Below are positions 1 to 10,384 of a stretch of DNA of 64,000 nt, piece after piece. A model generated the notes under the pieces. It saw nothing but the letters and a program-made list of their open reading frames with translations, did not search any database and had not been told where the DNA came from. Position 1 is the stretch's first letter. Each line of letters begins with the position of its first letter. This DNA comes from Candidatus Eutrophomonas brisbanensis (GTDB lineage: Bacteria; Pseudomonadota; Gammaproteobacteria; Burkholderiales; Eutrophovitaceae), in NCBI GenBank assembly GCA_038141705.1, contig JAYQIQ010000004.1, forward strand, positions 423,179 through 487,178. Direction: 5' to 3'. Both the position numbers and the translations under genes were made by a program.

Positions 1-1100
1 ACCACATTGGTTGCAGAAAGTTGCTGCATTTGGCAGATCAAGTGCGTTCTCAATTCCTTTGTAGGCTGGCGTCAGCACAGACCCAATTGGTCCCGGATAA
101 ACCCATCCATAGGAGTGCCCACCGATATTCTGGTAAACAGGACAATGATTCATACATGCCCCACACCGAATACATCTCAGGGCATCTCTTAAGTCAGAAC
201 CAAGAACCCGCGTTCGCCCAACATCTAAAATGATGACATGGAACTCCTCAGGCCCATCTCGATCCCCCTCGCGTTTTGGACCCGTCGTCATGGAAACGTA
301 GTTACTGATCGATTGCCCGGTGGCCGAGCGCGGCAACAACCGGTTAATTAGAGCAAAGTCATCCAAAGTCGGAATACATTTTTCGATACTGCTTATCGCT
401 ACGTGTACTCGAGGCATCGTAGTCGTCATCCGACCATTTCCCTCGTTCGTCACGATGACGGTTGATCCAGTCTCTGCGATCATAAAGTTGGCACCCGTGA
501 TTCCCATATCTGCCGTGAGAAAGTGTGGTCTTAGAATTTCCCTAGCCTCTCGGGTGAGCGCCTCAATATCATCCAATCGAGGAGTCTGATGTTTTTCCGC
601 AAACAGATCGGCAATATCGTCCTTTGATTTGTGGGTCGCTGGAGCAATGATATGCGATGGGTGCTCCCCGCCTGCTGGATTATGTATTCTCCGAGATCTG
701 TTTCCTTAACCTCAATTCCGTGTCCCTCAACGAAGCGATTCAAGCCCGTTTCCTCACCAATCATCGATTTGGACTTGATAATTTTTTTTACATTATTCCG
801 CTTAGCGATTTCGACAACTAGAGAATTAAGCTCCTCCGCAGACTCGGCCCAATGCACTACCGTTCCTTTGGCGGTTGCATTTTTTTCCCACTCCTCAAGA
901 TAGGAGTCTAGATTCTCTAGACAATGGCTACGCATATCAGCCGCGGCTTGCCGAATTTCCTCGAGGTTGTCTAGCTCCTTAACGGCGCGTTCTCTCGCTA
1001 CCACAAACTTACCCTTGGCTTTTCCAAGGGCGCTTTGAACTTTTTGGTCTCTCAACTTGAGACTTGCAGTTTTCTTAAACTGGTGTGAGGTAATTTCCAT
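1..1100 (-). CDS. lutB: Lactate utilization protein B (LutB/LldF, Fe-S); runs off left edge; -1 frameshift at 666-669
   Basis: ORF 531..1100 carries KSKSM..EE and ETDLGEYIIQ. Adding one G to the G-run at 666-669 restores GEHPSHIIAPATHK..NEGNGRM..LRCIRCGACMNHCPVY..GPIG (hand translation). Lies next to lutA. Confidence 0.92.
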
Positions 1101-1120
1101 ATGCCTATTTATTGTTTGTT

Positions 1121-1867
1121 CTACTTAGGAGTCTCATCACCAAGATTTTCCCCAGCGAGGACCTCGGCGATATGAAGTACTTTGGTTTTTGAATTTCCAC
1201 GTCGTCGTAGGCGACCTTCGATATTCAAGATGCAGCCAAGGTCACCAAGTACTAAAGTATCAGCCCCAGATTGCTCGACTTCCTCACATTTCAAATCAGC
1301 CAAACGCCCTGAAATATCACCATACTTGATAGAAAAGGTGCCGCCAAAACCACAACACTGCTCGGCACCAGGCATTTCCTTGATAGCAACGTGCTGAAGC
1401 TTGCTCAACAACTTACGCGGCTGCTCCTTGATGCCGAGCTCTCTCAGACCGGCGCAGGAGTCATGATAAGTGATGTCTCCCTGAAAGGAACTCTCAATAT
1501 TTTCAATTCGCAGAACATTAACAAGAAAATCGGTGAGCTCAAAAGTCCTCGCACCAAGCCACTCGGATTTCGATAAAAATTCTTTATCGCTTTCAAATAA
1601 TTTTATGTAATGCTCTTTAATCATTCCCGCACATGAGCCAGATGGGACCACCACATAATCCACATCCGCGAATTCAGAAATAAGCTTTTTTGCGAGACGC
1701 TTCGCGTTTTCACTATCGCCTGAGTTATAAGCTGGCTGTCCACAGCAAGTTTGCGTCATCGGGAAAATTACTTCGCATCCAGCATTTTCGAGGAGTTTTA
1801 ATGTCGATGTCCCGATGCTGGGCCGCATTAAGTCCGCCAAACATGTAACGAATAGTCCAACCCGCAT
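1121..1867 (-). CDS. lutA: Lactate utilization protein A (LutA/LldE, two CCG domains)
   Basis: MRVGLFVTCLADL, QTCCGQPAYNSG, SGSCAG, YHDSC, CCGFGGTF, DLGC. Start placed at the second Met. Confidence 0.92.
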   Translation of the reverse strand: MRVGLFVTCLADLMRPSIGTSTLKLLENAGCEVIFPMTQTCCGQPAYNSGDSENAKRLAKKLISEFADVDYVVVPSGSCAGMIKEHYIKLFESDKEFLSKSEWLGARTFELTDFLVNVLRIENIESSFQGDITYHDSCAGLRELGIKEQPRKLLSKLQHVAIKEMPGAEQCCGFGGTFSIKYGDISGRLADLKCEEVEQSGADTLVLGDLGCILNIEGRLRRRGNSKTKVLHIAEVLAGENLGDETPK

Positions 1868-2042
1868 TTCCGCCCCATCCTCTCGATTCAAAGCCGCAGA
1901 GCAACAACTCGGTCGGCGACTTAGAAGAAATAAAAACTATCATTCTACCAAATACTGTTAGGTAAACAGACTCCCAAGTCGTCGAAGGCCTGAGAATTTA
2001 AACGTTCTTGCGGCGACATAAGCTTTCCAGTAAAATTGCGCG

Positions 2043-2849
2043 ATGCACAAAAAAACGATCAATATCTCAGTGGAAAATATTAATAGTAGGACGTCGATAC
2101 AGGTTATCGACCGAATGATGGATGTAATAGACATCCTATCTAAAGCATCCGGGACGGTGAATCTCAAGGAGATTGCAAAACTATCCTGTCTTCACCCATC
2201 GACTGCCCATCGAATCCTCAATGCGCTCGCCCACTACAACATGATTGAACGAGTGGAATCGGGAACCTACAGACTGGGTACGAAGTTCCTCGAACTTGGA
2301 AACATAACAAAAGCAAACTTAGATTTCCGCAAAGAAGCATTACCGTTCATGCAATCGTTGCACGCAGAGCTTCAGGAAACGATCAACTTGTCAGTCCGGC
2401 AAGGGGATGAAATGGTTTACATTGAGCGCATCTCGACCGAGAGATCCGCCATGAAGGTTGCGCATTTGGTCGGTGCCAAGGCGCCACTACATATTACGGC
2501 GGTTGGAAAGATTTTCCTTCTCGAAGACGGGCGCGAATCGACCATTGAGTACGTCCGTAGATGCGGTTTACAGACTTTTACGAAAAACACCATCAAAGAC
2601 GCTCAGAGTTTGTTTGAGGAACTCGATAGGATCAACGCGATGGGTTATGCACTGGACGATGAGGAGGCAGAGCCAGGGGTTTCGTGCATTGGAGCGGGCA
2701 TCAGGGATGATTCTGGGAAGCTTGTGGCAGGACTGTCAGTATCCAGCCCCTCTAATCGGTTAAACAAATCTTGGGGAACTCAAATAAAGGATGCTGCAGA
2801 AGCGATATCAAAATCCCTCGGCTATAACTCACAAAAGAACGCTGCTTAG
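2043..2849 (+). CDS. IclR-family transcriptional regulator
   Basis: N-terminal HTH (SIQVIDR..LHPSTAHRIL), C-terminal PLHITAVGK, GYALDDEE, CIGAGI. Divergent from lutAB. Confidence 0.92.
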   Translation: MHKKTINISVENINSRTSIQVIDRMMDVIDILSKASGTVNLKEIAKLSCLHPSTAHRILNALAHYNMIERVESGTYRLGTKFLELGNITKANLDFRKEALPFMQSLHAELQETINLSVRQGDEMVYIERISTERSAMKVAHLVGAKAPLHITAVGKIFLLEDGRESTIEYVRRCGLQTFTKNTIKDAQSLFEELDRINAMGYALDDEEAEPGVSCIGAGIRDDSGKLVAGLSVSSPSNRLNKSWGTQIKDAAEAISKSLGYNSQKNAA

Positions 2850-2857
2850 TTAAAGGA

Positions 2858-3718
2858 TTATGTTTTTGGCTTAGAGACTGATCGTTTCTCGAGCCACTTC
2901 TTGACGCGATTTGCGTCCCCTAGGCGCGTCAATTTTCCCCAAGAATCCAACAAGACCATTACGATCGGTCTACCAGCGATCTCCGTTTTCATGACAAGGC
3001 ATTTTCCAGATTCGCTGATATATCCTGTTTTCGATACCGAAATTTTCCAACGCGAATTCTTAACTAAACGATTAGAGTTCACATATCTCAAATTAACGTT
3101 ACGTTTTCCTCTTTTAGCCTTCAAATCAAAAAGTTTAGCAGTCGAATATTGACTGATTAGCGGGTACTGGCTCGCAGCATCAACGAGTTTTGCTAGATTT
3201 GATGCGGTAGATACATTCCCCGGTCGTAGTCCGGTTGGGTCCACAAAAATCGTATCACTCATGAGCAGACTCGAGGCTTTTTGATTCATCGCTTCTACGA
3301 ACGCTTCTTTTCCACCCGGGAATGAAGTGGCTAGTGCGGACGCCGCTCGATTTTCTGACGCCATTAGGGCCAGCTTAAGTGCCTCTGCCCGGAGCAATTG
3401 TGTGCCAACTCTTAGTTTGGATTTTGACCCCTTGAAACGATCTACGTCCGCTTTGGTGATCGTTATCGTCTCCAAAAGTGGCAAACCTGAATCTATAAGG
3501 ACCATCGCCGTCATCAACTTTGTGATCGAGGCAATAGCAGTGACCTCATCCGCCCCCTTTTCAAATAAGATTTCGCCAGAAGACTGGTCAACCACTAACG
3601 CATGACCGGACTTGACGGCGGGAACGGTCGCTCTCGCCGCATGCCCCGAACTCGGGACAATCGCACCAAGAAAAACGGAAAGTAAAAAGCTAAAAAAACT
3701 AAGGAAAAATATACGCAT
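2858..3718 (-). CDS. pbpG: D-alanyl-D-alanine endopeptidase (PBP7, peptidase S11)
   Basis: Signal peptide; SITK (SxxK), SEN (SxN) and KTG motifs; DPTGL. Confidence 0.9.
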   Translation of the reverse strand: MRIFFLSFFSFLLSVFLGAIVPSSGHAARATVPAVKSGHALVVDQSSGEILFEKGADEVTAIASITKLMTAMVLIDSGLPLLETITITKADVDRFKGSKSKLRVGTQLLRAEALKLALMASENRAASALATSFPGGKEAFVEAMNQKASSLLMSDTIFVDPTGLRPGNVSTASNLAKLVDAASQYPLISQYSTAKLFDLKAKRGKRNVNLRYVNSNRLVKNSRWKISVSKTGYISESGKCLVMKTEIAGRPIVMVLLDSWGKLTRLGDANRVKKWLEKRSVSKPKT

Positions 3719-3788
3719 GAAATCTGTTACAACAAAACCCTTAAAAGCGATAACCTGTTATCTTAGTGATTATTTCATCGGTTATAAA

Positions 3789-5552
3789 TCAATTCAAATA
3801 AGAACCCGAAATATTTTTCTCCTGAAGTTTCCAGAGAGAAGCATATTTACCACTCACAGTGAGTAACTCTTCATGCGTTCCTCTCTCAATGATCTTTCCA
3901 GAATCCAATACGAGAATCTCATGCGCGTGGATAATCGTTGATAATCGGTGCGCGATAATAAGCGTTGTTCTCTCCTTTGAGATCTCACTCAATGCGCTCT
4001 GAATGAGCCTCTCGCTGCTAGAATCTAACGAGGAGGTTGCCTCATCAAAGATCATAATCGGGGGATCCTTGAGGAGCGCTCGAGCAATCGAGATCCGTTG
4101 CTTTTCTCCACCAGACACCTTCAACCCTCTCTCCCCGACTGACGTGTGCAATCCATCCGGAAGCGAAGCAACGAATCGCTCGAGCTGAGCTAGTCGAATA
4201 ACCTCATCCAATCGTTCAGTATTTGCCTCTGGCCGACCATAGGCGATATTGAATAATAAAGAGTCATTAAAAAGTACAGCATCTTGAGGAACCACCCCAA
4301 TAAAAGACCGAATACTATCCTGTCGGTAGGCCCGGATATCAACCCCGTTAATCAGTATTTGTCCATCATTAACATCGTAAAATCGGTATAAAAGTCTTGC
4401 AATGGTAGTTTTACCAGACCCACTCTCACCCACGACCGCGACGGTCTTACCCGCAGGAATCGAAAAGCTAACATCATTAATAGCAACTCTTTTTTGATCA
4501 TAGGAAAACGAGACATTATTGAACTGGATATCAGCTCTGCCGCCTGGATAATCAACTGCATGACCAACATCTTTTACTTCTTGAGCGCTCTCTAACAACC
4601 CAAACATTTTGTCCATATCAATGAAAGATTGTTTAATCTCGCGATATACCATTCCAAGAAAATTCAGCGGAATATAAGAGCTGAATGAGCAACGCATTGA
4701 CCAGCACCAAATCACCCACCGATAGTTTTTTATCAACGACCCCCATCCCAGTCAGGACCATTAAACACGTAACCGCAATAGCAATAATTACACTCTGACC
4801 AATATTTAAAATTCCAAGAGATACCTCCGTACGAACATCTGCACGTTCGAATCGTGTAAGAAACTTGTCATATCTCTGAGCTTCAAATTCCTCATTATTA
4901 AAATACTTGACCGTTTCGTAATTTAATAAACTATCGACTGCATGCGAATTTGTGAGAGAGTCGATTTCATTGGCTTCTCGCCTGATACTCATCCGCCATT
5001 CCGATATGGAGAAAGTGAATAGAAGATAGACCGCTACAGCACCAAAAGTAATCGCCGCAAAAGTCCAATCAAAGCGCGTAATTAAAATGATTGCTACAAA
5101 ACTAAACTCTAAAATAACTGGAATTATCGAAAAAAGCGTGTAGGAAAGAAGCGTTGCTATTCCTTTTGTGCCGCGCTCAATATCACGCGTCATGCCTCCA
5201 GTCTGACGGTTGAGATGAAAACGCAAACTCAGTCGATGGAGATGACGAAAAACATTCAATGCGATCTGCCGAGTTGCACGACGCGTCACCTTCACAAACA
5301 CCATATCGCGAAGTTCTGCAAATAAGGTGGACGACAATCGCAATATGCCGTAAGCAATAAGCAGAAAAAGGGGAAGCGAAACTAATTGTAATGTTGGATT
5401 CAGTCCATCAACAATATCTTTTAGGATGAGCGGCACACCTACATTCGCCACCTTTGCCAGCACTAAAAAAGTAATGCGAAAAAGATTCGGAGCTTAAAAT
5501 CCCAGATAAAAGGAAACAGCGATCGAATGACCCGAATATTCTTACTCGCCAC
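3789..5552 (-). CDS. ATM1/HMT1-type ABCB half-transporter (TMD+NBD) with two frameshifts
   Basis: RQTGGMTRDIERG, DSLLNYETVKYF, GESGSGKT, SGGEKQR, DEATS, AHRLST. Indels near 4675 (+1; restores QLYIPLNFLG) and 5465-5470 (-1; restores LFLVLAK). GTG start at 5552 after an AGGA RBS. Confidence 0.88.
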
Positions 5553-5628
5553 GCATCTTTTTCCTAATCAGAGAGATACCAAATGGATCATCATTTTTCG
5601 ATTGAAAAAGGAAATATCTCAGGGATAC

Positions 5629-6729
5629 TTATGATACCGAAAGCATCCGCTCAAGAGACAACTTAGCAGCCGCTCGATCCTCTTCGTTCACGATAATCTG
5701 ATTGGCCAGGTTACCATCAACCAAATTCTCGAGAGTCCACAAAAGATGCTGTGGATCGATTCGGTTCATCGTCGAGCACATACAAATCACTGGGGACATA
5801 AACTCGATGATCTTTCCATCCGACCTATATTCCTCAGCGATTCGACTAACCAAGTTAAGCTCAGTACCGACCAACCATCTGGTGTTTGGCTCAGCACTGC
5901 GAATCGTTTCGACAATGAACTCGGTTGATCCCACATAATCCGATTGCTCACAAACCTCAAATTTACACTCGGGGTGAGAAATAACTAGCCCGTCCGGGTG
6001 CTTTGCCCGAAAATCAGATATGTGCTGTGGCTGAAACATTTGGTGCACCGAGCAGTGGCCCTTCCAAAGTAGCATTCGGGCATTGATGATCTCGGTTTCG
6101 GTAAGTCCTCCACACCATAAATCCGGATCCCAGACTTTCATCTCGTGATCTTTTAACCCAAGCTGAGCACCAGACCAGCGACCAAGATGTTGGTCCGGAA
6201 AAAATAGAAGTTTCTCATTTTGATCAAAAGCCCATTGAATAATCTTGCCCGCATTCGAGGACGTACAAACGATCCCCCCGTTCTGCCCACAAAACGCCTT
6301 TAGATCAGCAGCAGAATTAATATATGTCACGGGTGTTACAGAAAAGCTATCACCCAAAATTTCGCTCAGTTCCTTCCACGCGCGATTCACTTTGGCAACA
6401 TTAGCCATATCGGCCATTGAACAACCCGCAGCCAAATCAGGCAGAAGCGCTACCTGGTCAGACTTCGACATAATGTCCGCAACCTCAGCCATAAAATGTA
6501 CACCACAAAATACGATGGATTCAGCACTGGACGATGCCGCCAGCCGAGATAACTTCAGCGAGTCTCCGACCAAGTCAGCATGCCTATAAACATCGGCGCG
6601 TTGATAATGATGTCCTAATATTACGGCGCTGCTACCCAATCTCTTTTTAGCATCCCGAATGCGAACGTCACAGACGTCATCCGGTAATTCGGAGTAATCC
6701 ACAAAATTTCGTAGTTCTGATGCACCCAT
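5629..6729 (-). CDS. nadA: Quinolinate synthase NadA
   Basis: GHHYQ, FCGVHFMAE, AGCSMADMA, YINS, CSVH, HPEC, CMCSTM; the three Fe-S cysteines are present. Confidence 0.95.
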   Translation of the reverse strand: MGASELRNFVDYSELPDDVCDVRIRDAKKRLGSSAVILGHHYQRADVYRHADLVGDSLKLSRLAASSSAESIVFCGVHFMAEVADIMSKSDQVALLPDLAAGCSMADMANVAKVNRAWKELSEILGDSFSVTPVTYINSAADLKAFCGQNGGIVCTSSNAGKIIQWAFDQNEKLLFFPDQHLGRWSGAQLGLKDHEMKVWDPDLWCGGLTETEIINARMLLWKGHCSVHQMFQPQHISDFRAKHPDGLVISHPECKFEVCEQSDYVGSTEFIVETIRSAEPNTRWLVGTELNLVSRIAEEYRSDGKIIEFMSPVICMCSTMNRIDPQHLLWTLENLVDGNLANQIIVNEEDRAAAKLSLERMLSVS

Positions 6730-6806
6730 TCTCGATACGACTTACTCAGTTTTATAATTCAGGACAGTAACACAACAGCGGAAAAATTTATTCCCATACA
6801 AATTGA

Positions 6807-7277
6807 CTAAATCGATCCCTTTGATTCAGCAAGCTTCTTTAAAGCATCTGCATTTGTCCAAGAAAACACCTTCTCTATTGATTCCTCTATTGAAAACCAG
6901 CCAAATCTAGAGTGCTCGCGCACTGAAATTTTCACAGGAACACGGTCTTCCAGCTGCAAAGAAAAGACATGCTCCAAGTTGTGGGTAACCCCTGGAGCAT
7001 AACGACCTCTCCAATGCTTAAAAATTTCGAATTCATTAGATGCTTTCCAATCTGAAAGTTGCCAAGATTCGGCTCGAATACCGGACTCCTCTCGGACTTC
7101 ACGCAAGGCGGTATCTATCAGCTCCTCACCCTGCTCCATACTGCCAGTAATTGATTGCCAAAAACCGGGGCGATCTGCACGCTCAAGTAACAACACATCC
7201 AGTGATCGGGTATAAACAACCACCAACACGGAGATCGGGATTTTATACTTCGATATCGGTTGATCTTCTGCCAACAA
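6807..7277 (-). CDS. nudB: Dihydroneopterin triphosphate diphosphatase (Nudix)
   Basis: KIPISVLVV, FWQSITGS, REVREESG Nudix box, YAPGVTHNLEHVF. Lies immediately downstream of aspS. Confidence 0.9.
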   Translation of the reverse strand: MLAEDQPISKYKIPISVLVVVYTRSLDVLLLERADRPGFWQSITGSMEQGEELIDTALREVREESGIRAESWQLSDWKASNEFEIFKHWRGRYAPGVTHNLEHVFSLQLEDRVPVKISVREHSRFGWFSIEESIEKVFSWTNADALKKLAESKGSI

Positions 7278-9077
7278 TCAACTCGAATTTTTATCGACCT
7301 TTGCGGTCTGGGAAACGTTACGAAGACGAATGTGAAGATCCCTGAGCTGTCCCTCAGTCACCCTGCTTGGAGCCCCAACGAGCAAATCCTGACCTCTCTG
7401 CGTTTTCGGAAAAGCAATAACATCCCGAATGGATGAGGCTCCACACATTAGCGTGACAATCCGATCTAGACCAAAAGCAATCCCACCATGCGGTGGCGCA
7501 CCCCACTTTAGACTATCGAGCAGAAATCCAAACTTGGCTTCCTGATCCTCAGGGGAAATTTTTAGGGATCGAAAAACTTTCTGCTGGACTTCCGATCGAT
7601 GAATCCGAACAGAACCACCACCAATTTCCCATCCGTTTAGAACCATGTCATACGCTTTCGCATAGGCCTTACCTGGATCCGCATCCAAATACGCCTCATG
7701 ACCATCCTTGGGTGCTGTGAATGGATGATGCCTTGCAACCCACTGGTCTCCGTCCTCATCAAACTCAAACATAGGGAAGTCAACGACCCACAGAGGCCGC
7801 CAACCTTTTTCCACTAATCCGAGATCTCGCCCAACTTTTTGTCGAAGTGCGCCGAGAGCATCATTCACGACCCCACTACGATCCGCGCCGAAGAATATAA
7901 GATCACCATTTTTTGATCCCACCTGATTTACCACCTTCAGCACTACATCCTCAGGTAGGAACTTAATGATTGGAGACTGTAAACCCTCTATTCCAGCACT
8001 CGTGTCATTAACTTTTATATAGGCCAATCCTTTTGCACCATAAATCGCAACAAAGCTTGTGTAGTCATCAATCTGCTTTCGCGTTAACTCCCCACCACCA
8101 GGCACACCGAGCGCAACAACTCTACCGTCCTTCAAATCAGCCGCCGCCCTGAACACTTTGAAGTCGACCGTCTTCATTAAATCTGTAACGTCAGCGAACT
8201 GCAAAGGAATGCGGAGGTCGGGTTTATCTGTTCCGTAGAGTCGGATAGCCTCATCAAAAGGCAGAACAGGGAACGGATTAGGTAATTGCACATCAAGCGT
8301 AGAAGCAAAAACCCCTCGAATCATCTCTTCCATGATTTGACGAATTTGCTCCTCGGTAAGGAACGACGTTTCGATATCGATTTGGGTAAATTCAGGTTGA
8401 CGATCGGCTCGGAGATCTTCATCCCTGAAACACTTTACGATTTGATAATAGCGGTCGAAACCCTGCGACCATCAGCATTTGCTTGAATAGCTGCGGAGAC
8501 TGAGGAAGCGCATAAAACTCCCCGTCATGCATCCTCGATGGGACCAAAAATTCTCTAGCGCCTTCAGGAGTCGACTTATAGAGAAAAGGAGTTTCTACAT
8601 CAATAAAACCTTCTTCGTCCAGATAGTTTCGTACATATTTCGATACTTTAGACCGAAGACGAAGATTGGATTGCATTTGCGGGCGACGCAGATCAAAAAC
8701 GCGATTTTCGAGACGAACCGTCTCCGACGGCTCCTCTTCGTCGATGGAAAAAGGTGGGGTCTCTGAAGCATTCAATATCTCAAGTTCATTGGCGAGAATT
8801 TCTATCTCTCCACTGATCAAAGACGAATTGATCGTACCCTCAGGCCGCCGTCTTACTAAACCAGTCACCCGGATGACGTACTCGTTACGCACTCGGTCCC
8901 CGATCGAAAAAGCCTCAGCATTGTCGGGATCACACACGACCTGTACGATTCCTCCCTATCGCGTACATCGAGAAATATGACACCCCCGTGATCTCGGCGC
9001 CGATGAACCCATCCAAAGAGGTTGACCACTTGCTCTAGGTGTGAACTATCAATTTTTCCGCAATAATCTGTACGCAT
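7278..9077 (-). CDS. aspS: Aspartate--tRNA(Asp/Asn) ligase with two frameshifts
   Basis: Three ORF pieces: MRTDYCG..RRDHGG; [25 protein letters not shown]; [14 protein letters not shown]. Indels near 8950 (-1) and 8458-8460 (+1; restores [26 protein letters not shown]). Confidence 0.95.
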
Positions 9078-9126
9078 TAATTTCTCTGTTAAGGGTTTAG
9101 AAAGAACATAAGGCCGGCCGCCTTAA

Positions 9127-9477
9127 CTAATTGGCAGATGGACTATCTGCTGCGGAGGAGCCGTTGCTCGGGGCAGAGGAGGTTGAGGTGTTGCTGGGTT
9201 CTGATTTCGCTTGAGAAGTTTCAGCTTTTCCAGAGCCACCATCTGACTGCCCTTCGGCTGCCGAAGGTTTCTCACTCGCACTCGCCTTCTTTTTACCATC
9301 TCGAAAATCCGTCACATACCAACCACTACCTTTTAGCTGAAAACCAGCTGCACTTATTAATTTCGCAAGCGCGTCCTCTTTACACTCTGGGCAAGAAACC
9401 AAAGGCTTATCGGATAATTTTTGGAGCACCTCCACTTCATGGCCGCAGGAGGCACAACGATACTCGTATATAGGCAT
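9127..9477 (-). CDS. FmdB-family zinc-ribbon protein
   Basis: MPIYEYRCASC..CPEC..GSGWYVTDF with a Ser/Ala-rich tail. Usual neighbour of aspS. Confidence 0.9.
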   Translation of the reverse strand: MPIYEYRCASCGHEVEVLQKLSDKPLVSCPECKEDALAKLISAAGFQLKGSGWYVTDFRDGKKKASASEKPSAAEGQSDGGSGKAETSQAKSEPSNTSTSSAPSNGSSAADSPSAN

Positions 9478-9619
9478 TTATCACTCCATTTGAGCGGCGT
9501 AGTATACCCGAAAAGGAGGGATTTTTTGATTATTCTTGGAGCGTGCGTGCAAACGAATTTTCTCTTGTTATACGAACCCTCGAGACTTACAAATTTCATG
9601 GTTAACTTATAATCAGTGA

Positions 9620-10372
9620 ATGCCAGCACAACTAGAGTCGTGGAAATCACCTAGAATTTTTTGTCATCGTGGTTCTGGACAGAGCGCCCCTGAGAATACG
9701 CTCGCAGGTATCCAATGGTCGCGCAACCTCGGATTCTTTGGAATCCACTTGGATGTTCGGTTTACCGCCGACGGCGTCCCTATCCTCATGAGCGACCCGA
9801 CGCTGGATCGAACTGCTCAGACTCACGGAATAGTGAGCGAAACATTTTTTGACCAAATGAACACTTTAGATGTTGGCATTTGGTTTGGAAACGAGTTTTC
9901 TGGCGAACGTATACCGACCCTGTTTCAAGCTTTAAAAGTCTGTCAAGAGCTCAATATTTACCCAATCTTTGAGTTAAAGCCCGAGATGGGACAAGAAATT
10001 GCTCTGGCAGAAACGGTCATAGAAATATTTAAAAATAGCTGGGACGCAGGAGAAAACTACCCAATTATCGCCACCAGTAATTTTGATTGCTTAGAGACCC
10101 TCATGCGATCATCGCATGACATTCCAAGAGCGATCGTTTGGAACTCTGAGCTAAATGAAAAAAACATAAAGAATCAGAATCTCACTTGCTCTTCTGTACT
10201 TATTAACGAGAAATTAATAAATCCAGATGTTGTTGCTAGAATTCACTCGCACATGCTACATGTCATAGCACTTAGAGTGAGTGATTCAGAGAGAGCACTT
10301 GACCTAGTTTATCAAGGGGCGGATGCGATAATCACCGACGACCTTGAAGGCATTGGGCCAAACTTTTTTTAG
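9620..10372 (+). CDS. Glycerophosphodiester phosphodiesterase (UgpQ-like) with a divergent active site
   Basis: HRG..APENT, DVRFTADG, TLDRT, LDVGIWF, RIPTL, ELK, GADAIITD. Confidence 0.8.
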   Translation: MPAQLESWKSPRIFCHRGSGQSAPENTLAGIQWSRNLGFFGIHLDVRFTADGVPILMSDPTLDRTAQTHGIVSETFFDQMNTLDVGIWFGNEFSGERIPTLFQALKVCQELNIYPIFELKPEMGQEIALAETVIEIFKNSWDAGENYPIIATSNFDCLETLMRSSHDIPRAIVWNSELNEKNIKNQNLTCSSVLINEKLINPDVVARIHSHMLHVIALRVSDSERALDLVYQGADAIITDDLEGIGPNFF

Positions 10373-10384
10373 CACCTGGTCTGA

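Noticed and set aside
1955-1969. Possible LexA (SOS) box TACTGTTAGGTAAACAG between lutA and the IclR gene
   Set aside because: The CTG-CAG spacing is 9 rather than 10, the genes are not SOS genes, and uvrA and ssb show no such box. It may instead be an IclR operator, which the sequence alone cannot show.
6730-6806. NAD-related riboswitch or operator upstream of nadA
   Set aside because: Only 77 bp, AT-rich, with no recognisable structure or palindrome.
9127-9300. Low-complexity Ser/Ala tail of FmdB (and the Gly/Ser linker of SSB) as a repeat element
   Set aside because: These are normal disordered tails of their families with no exact DNA periodicity.
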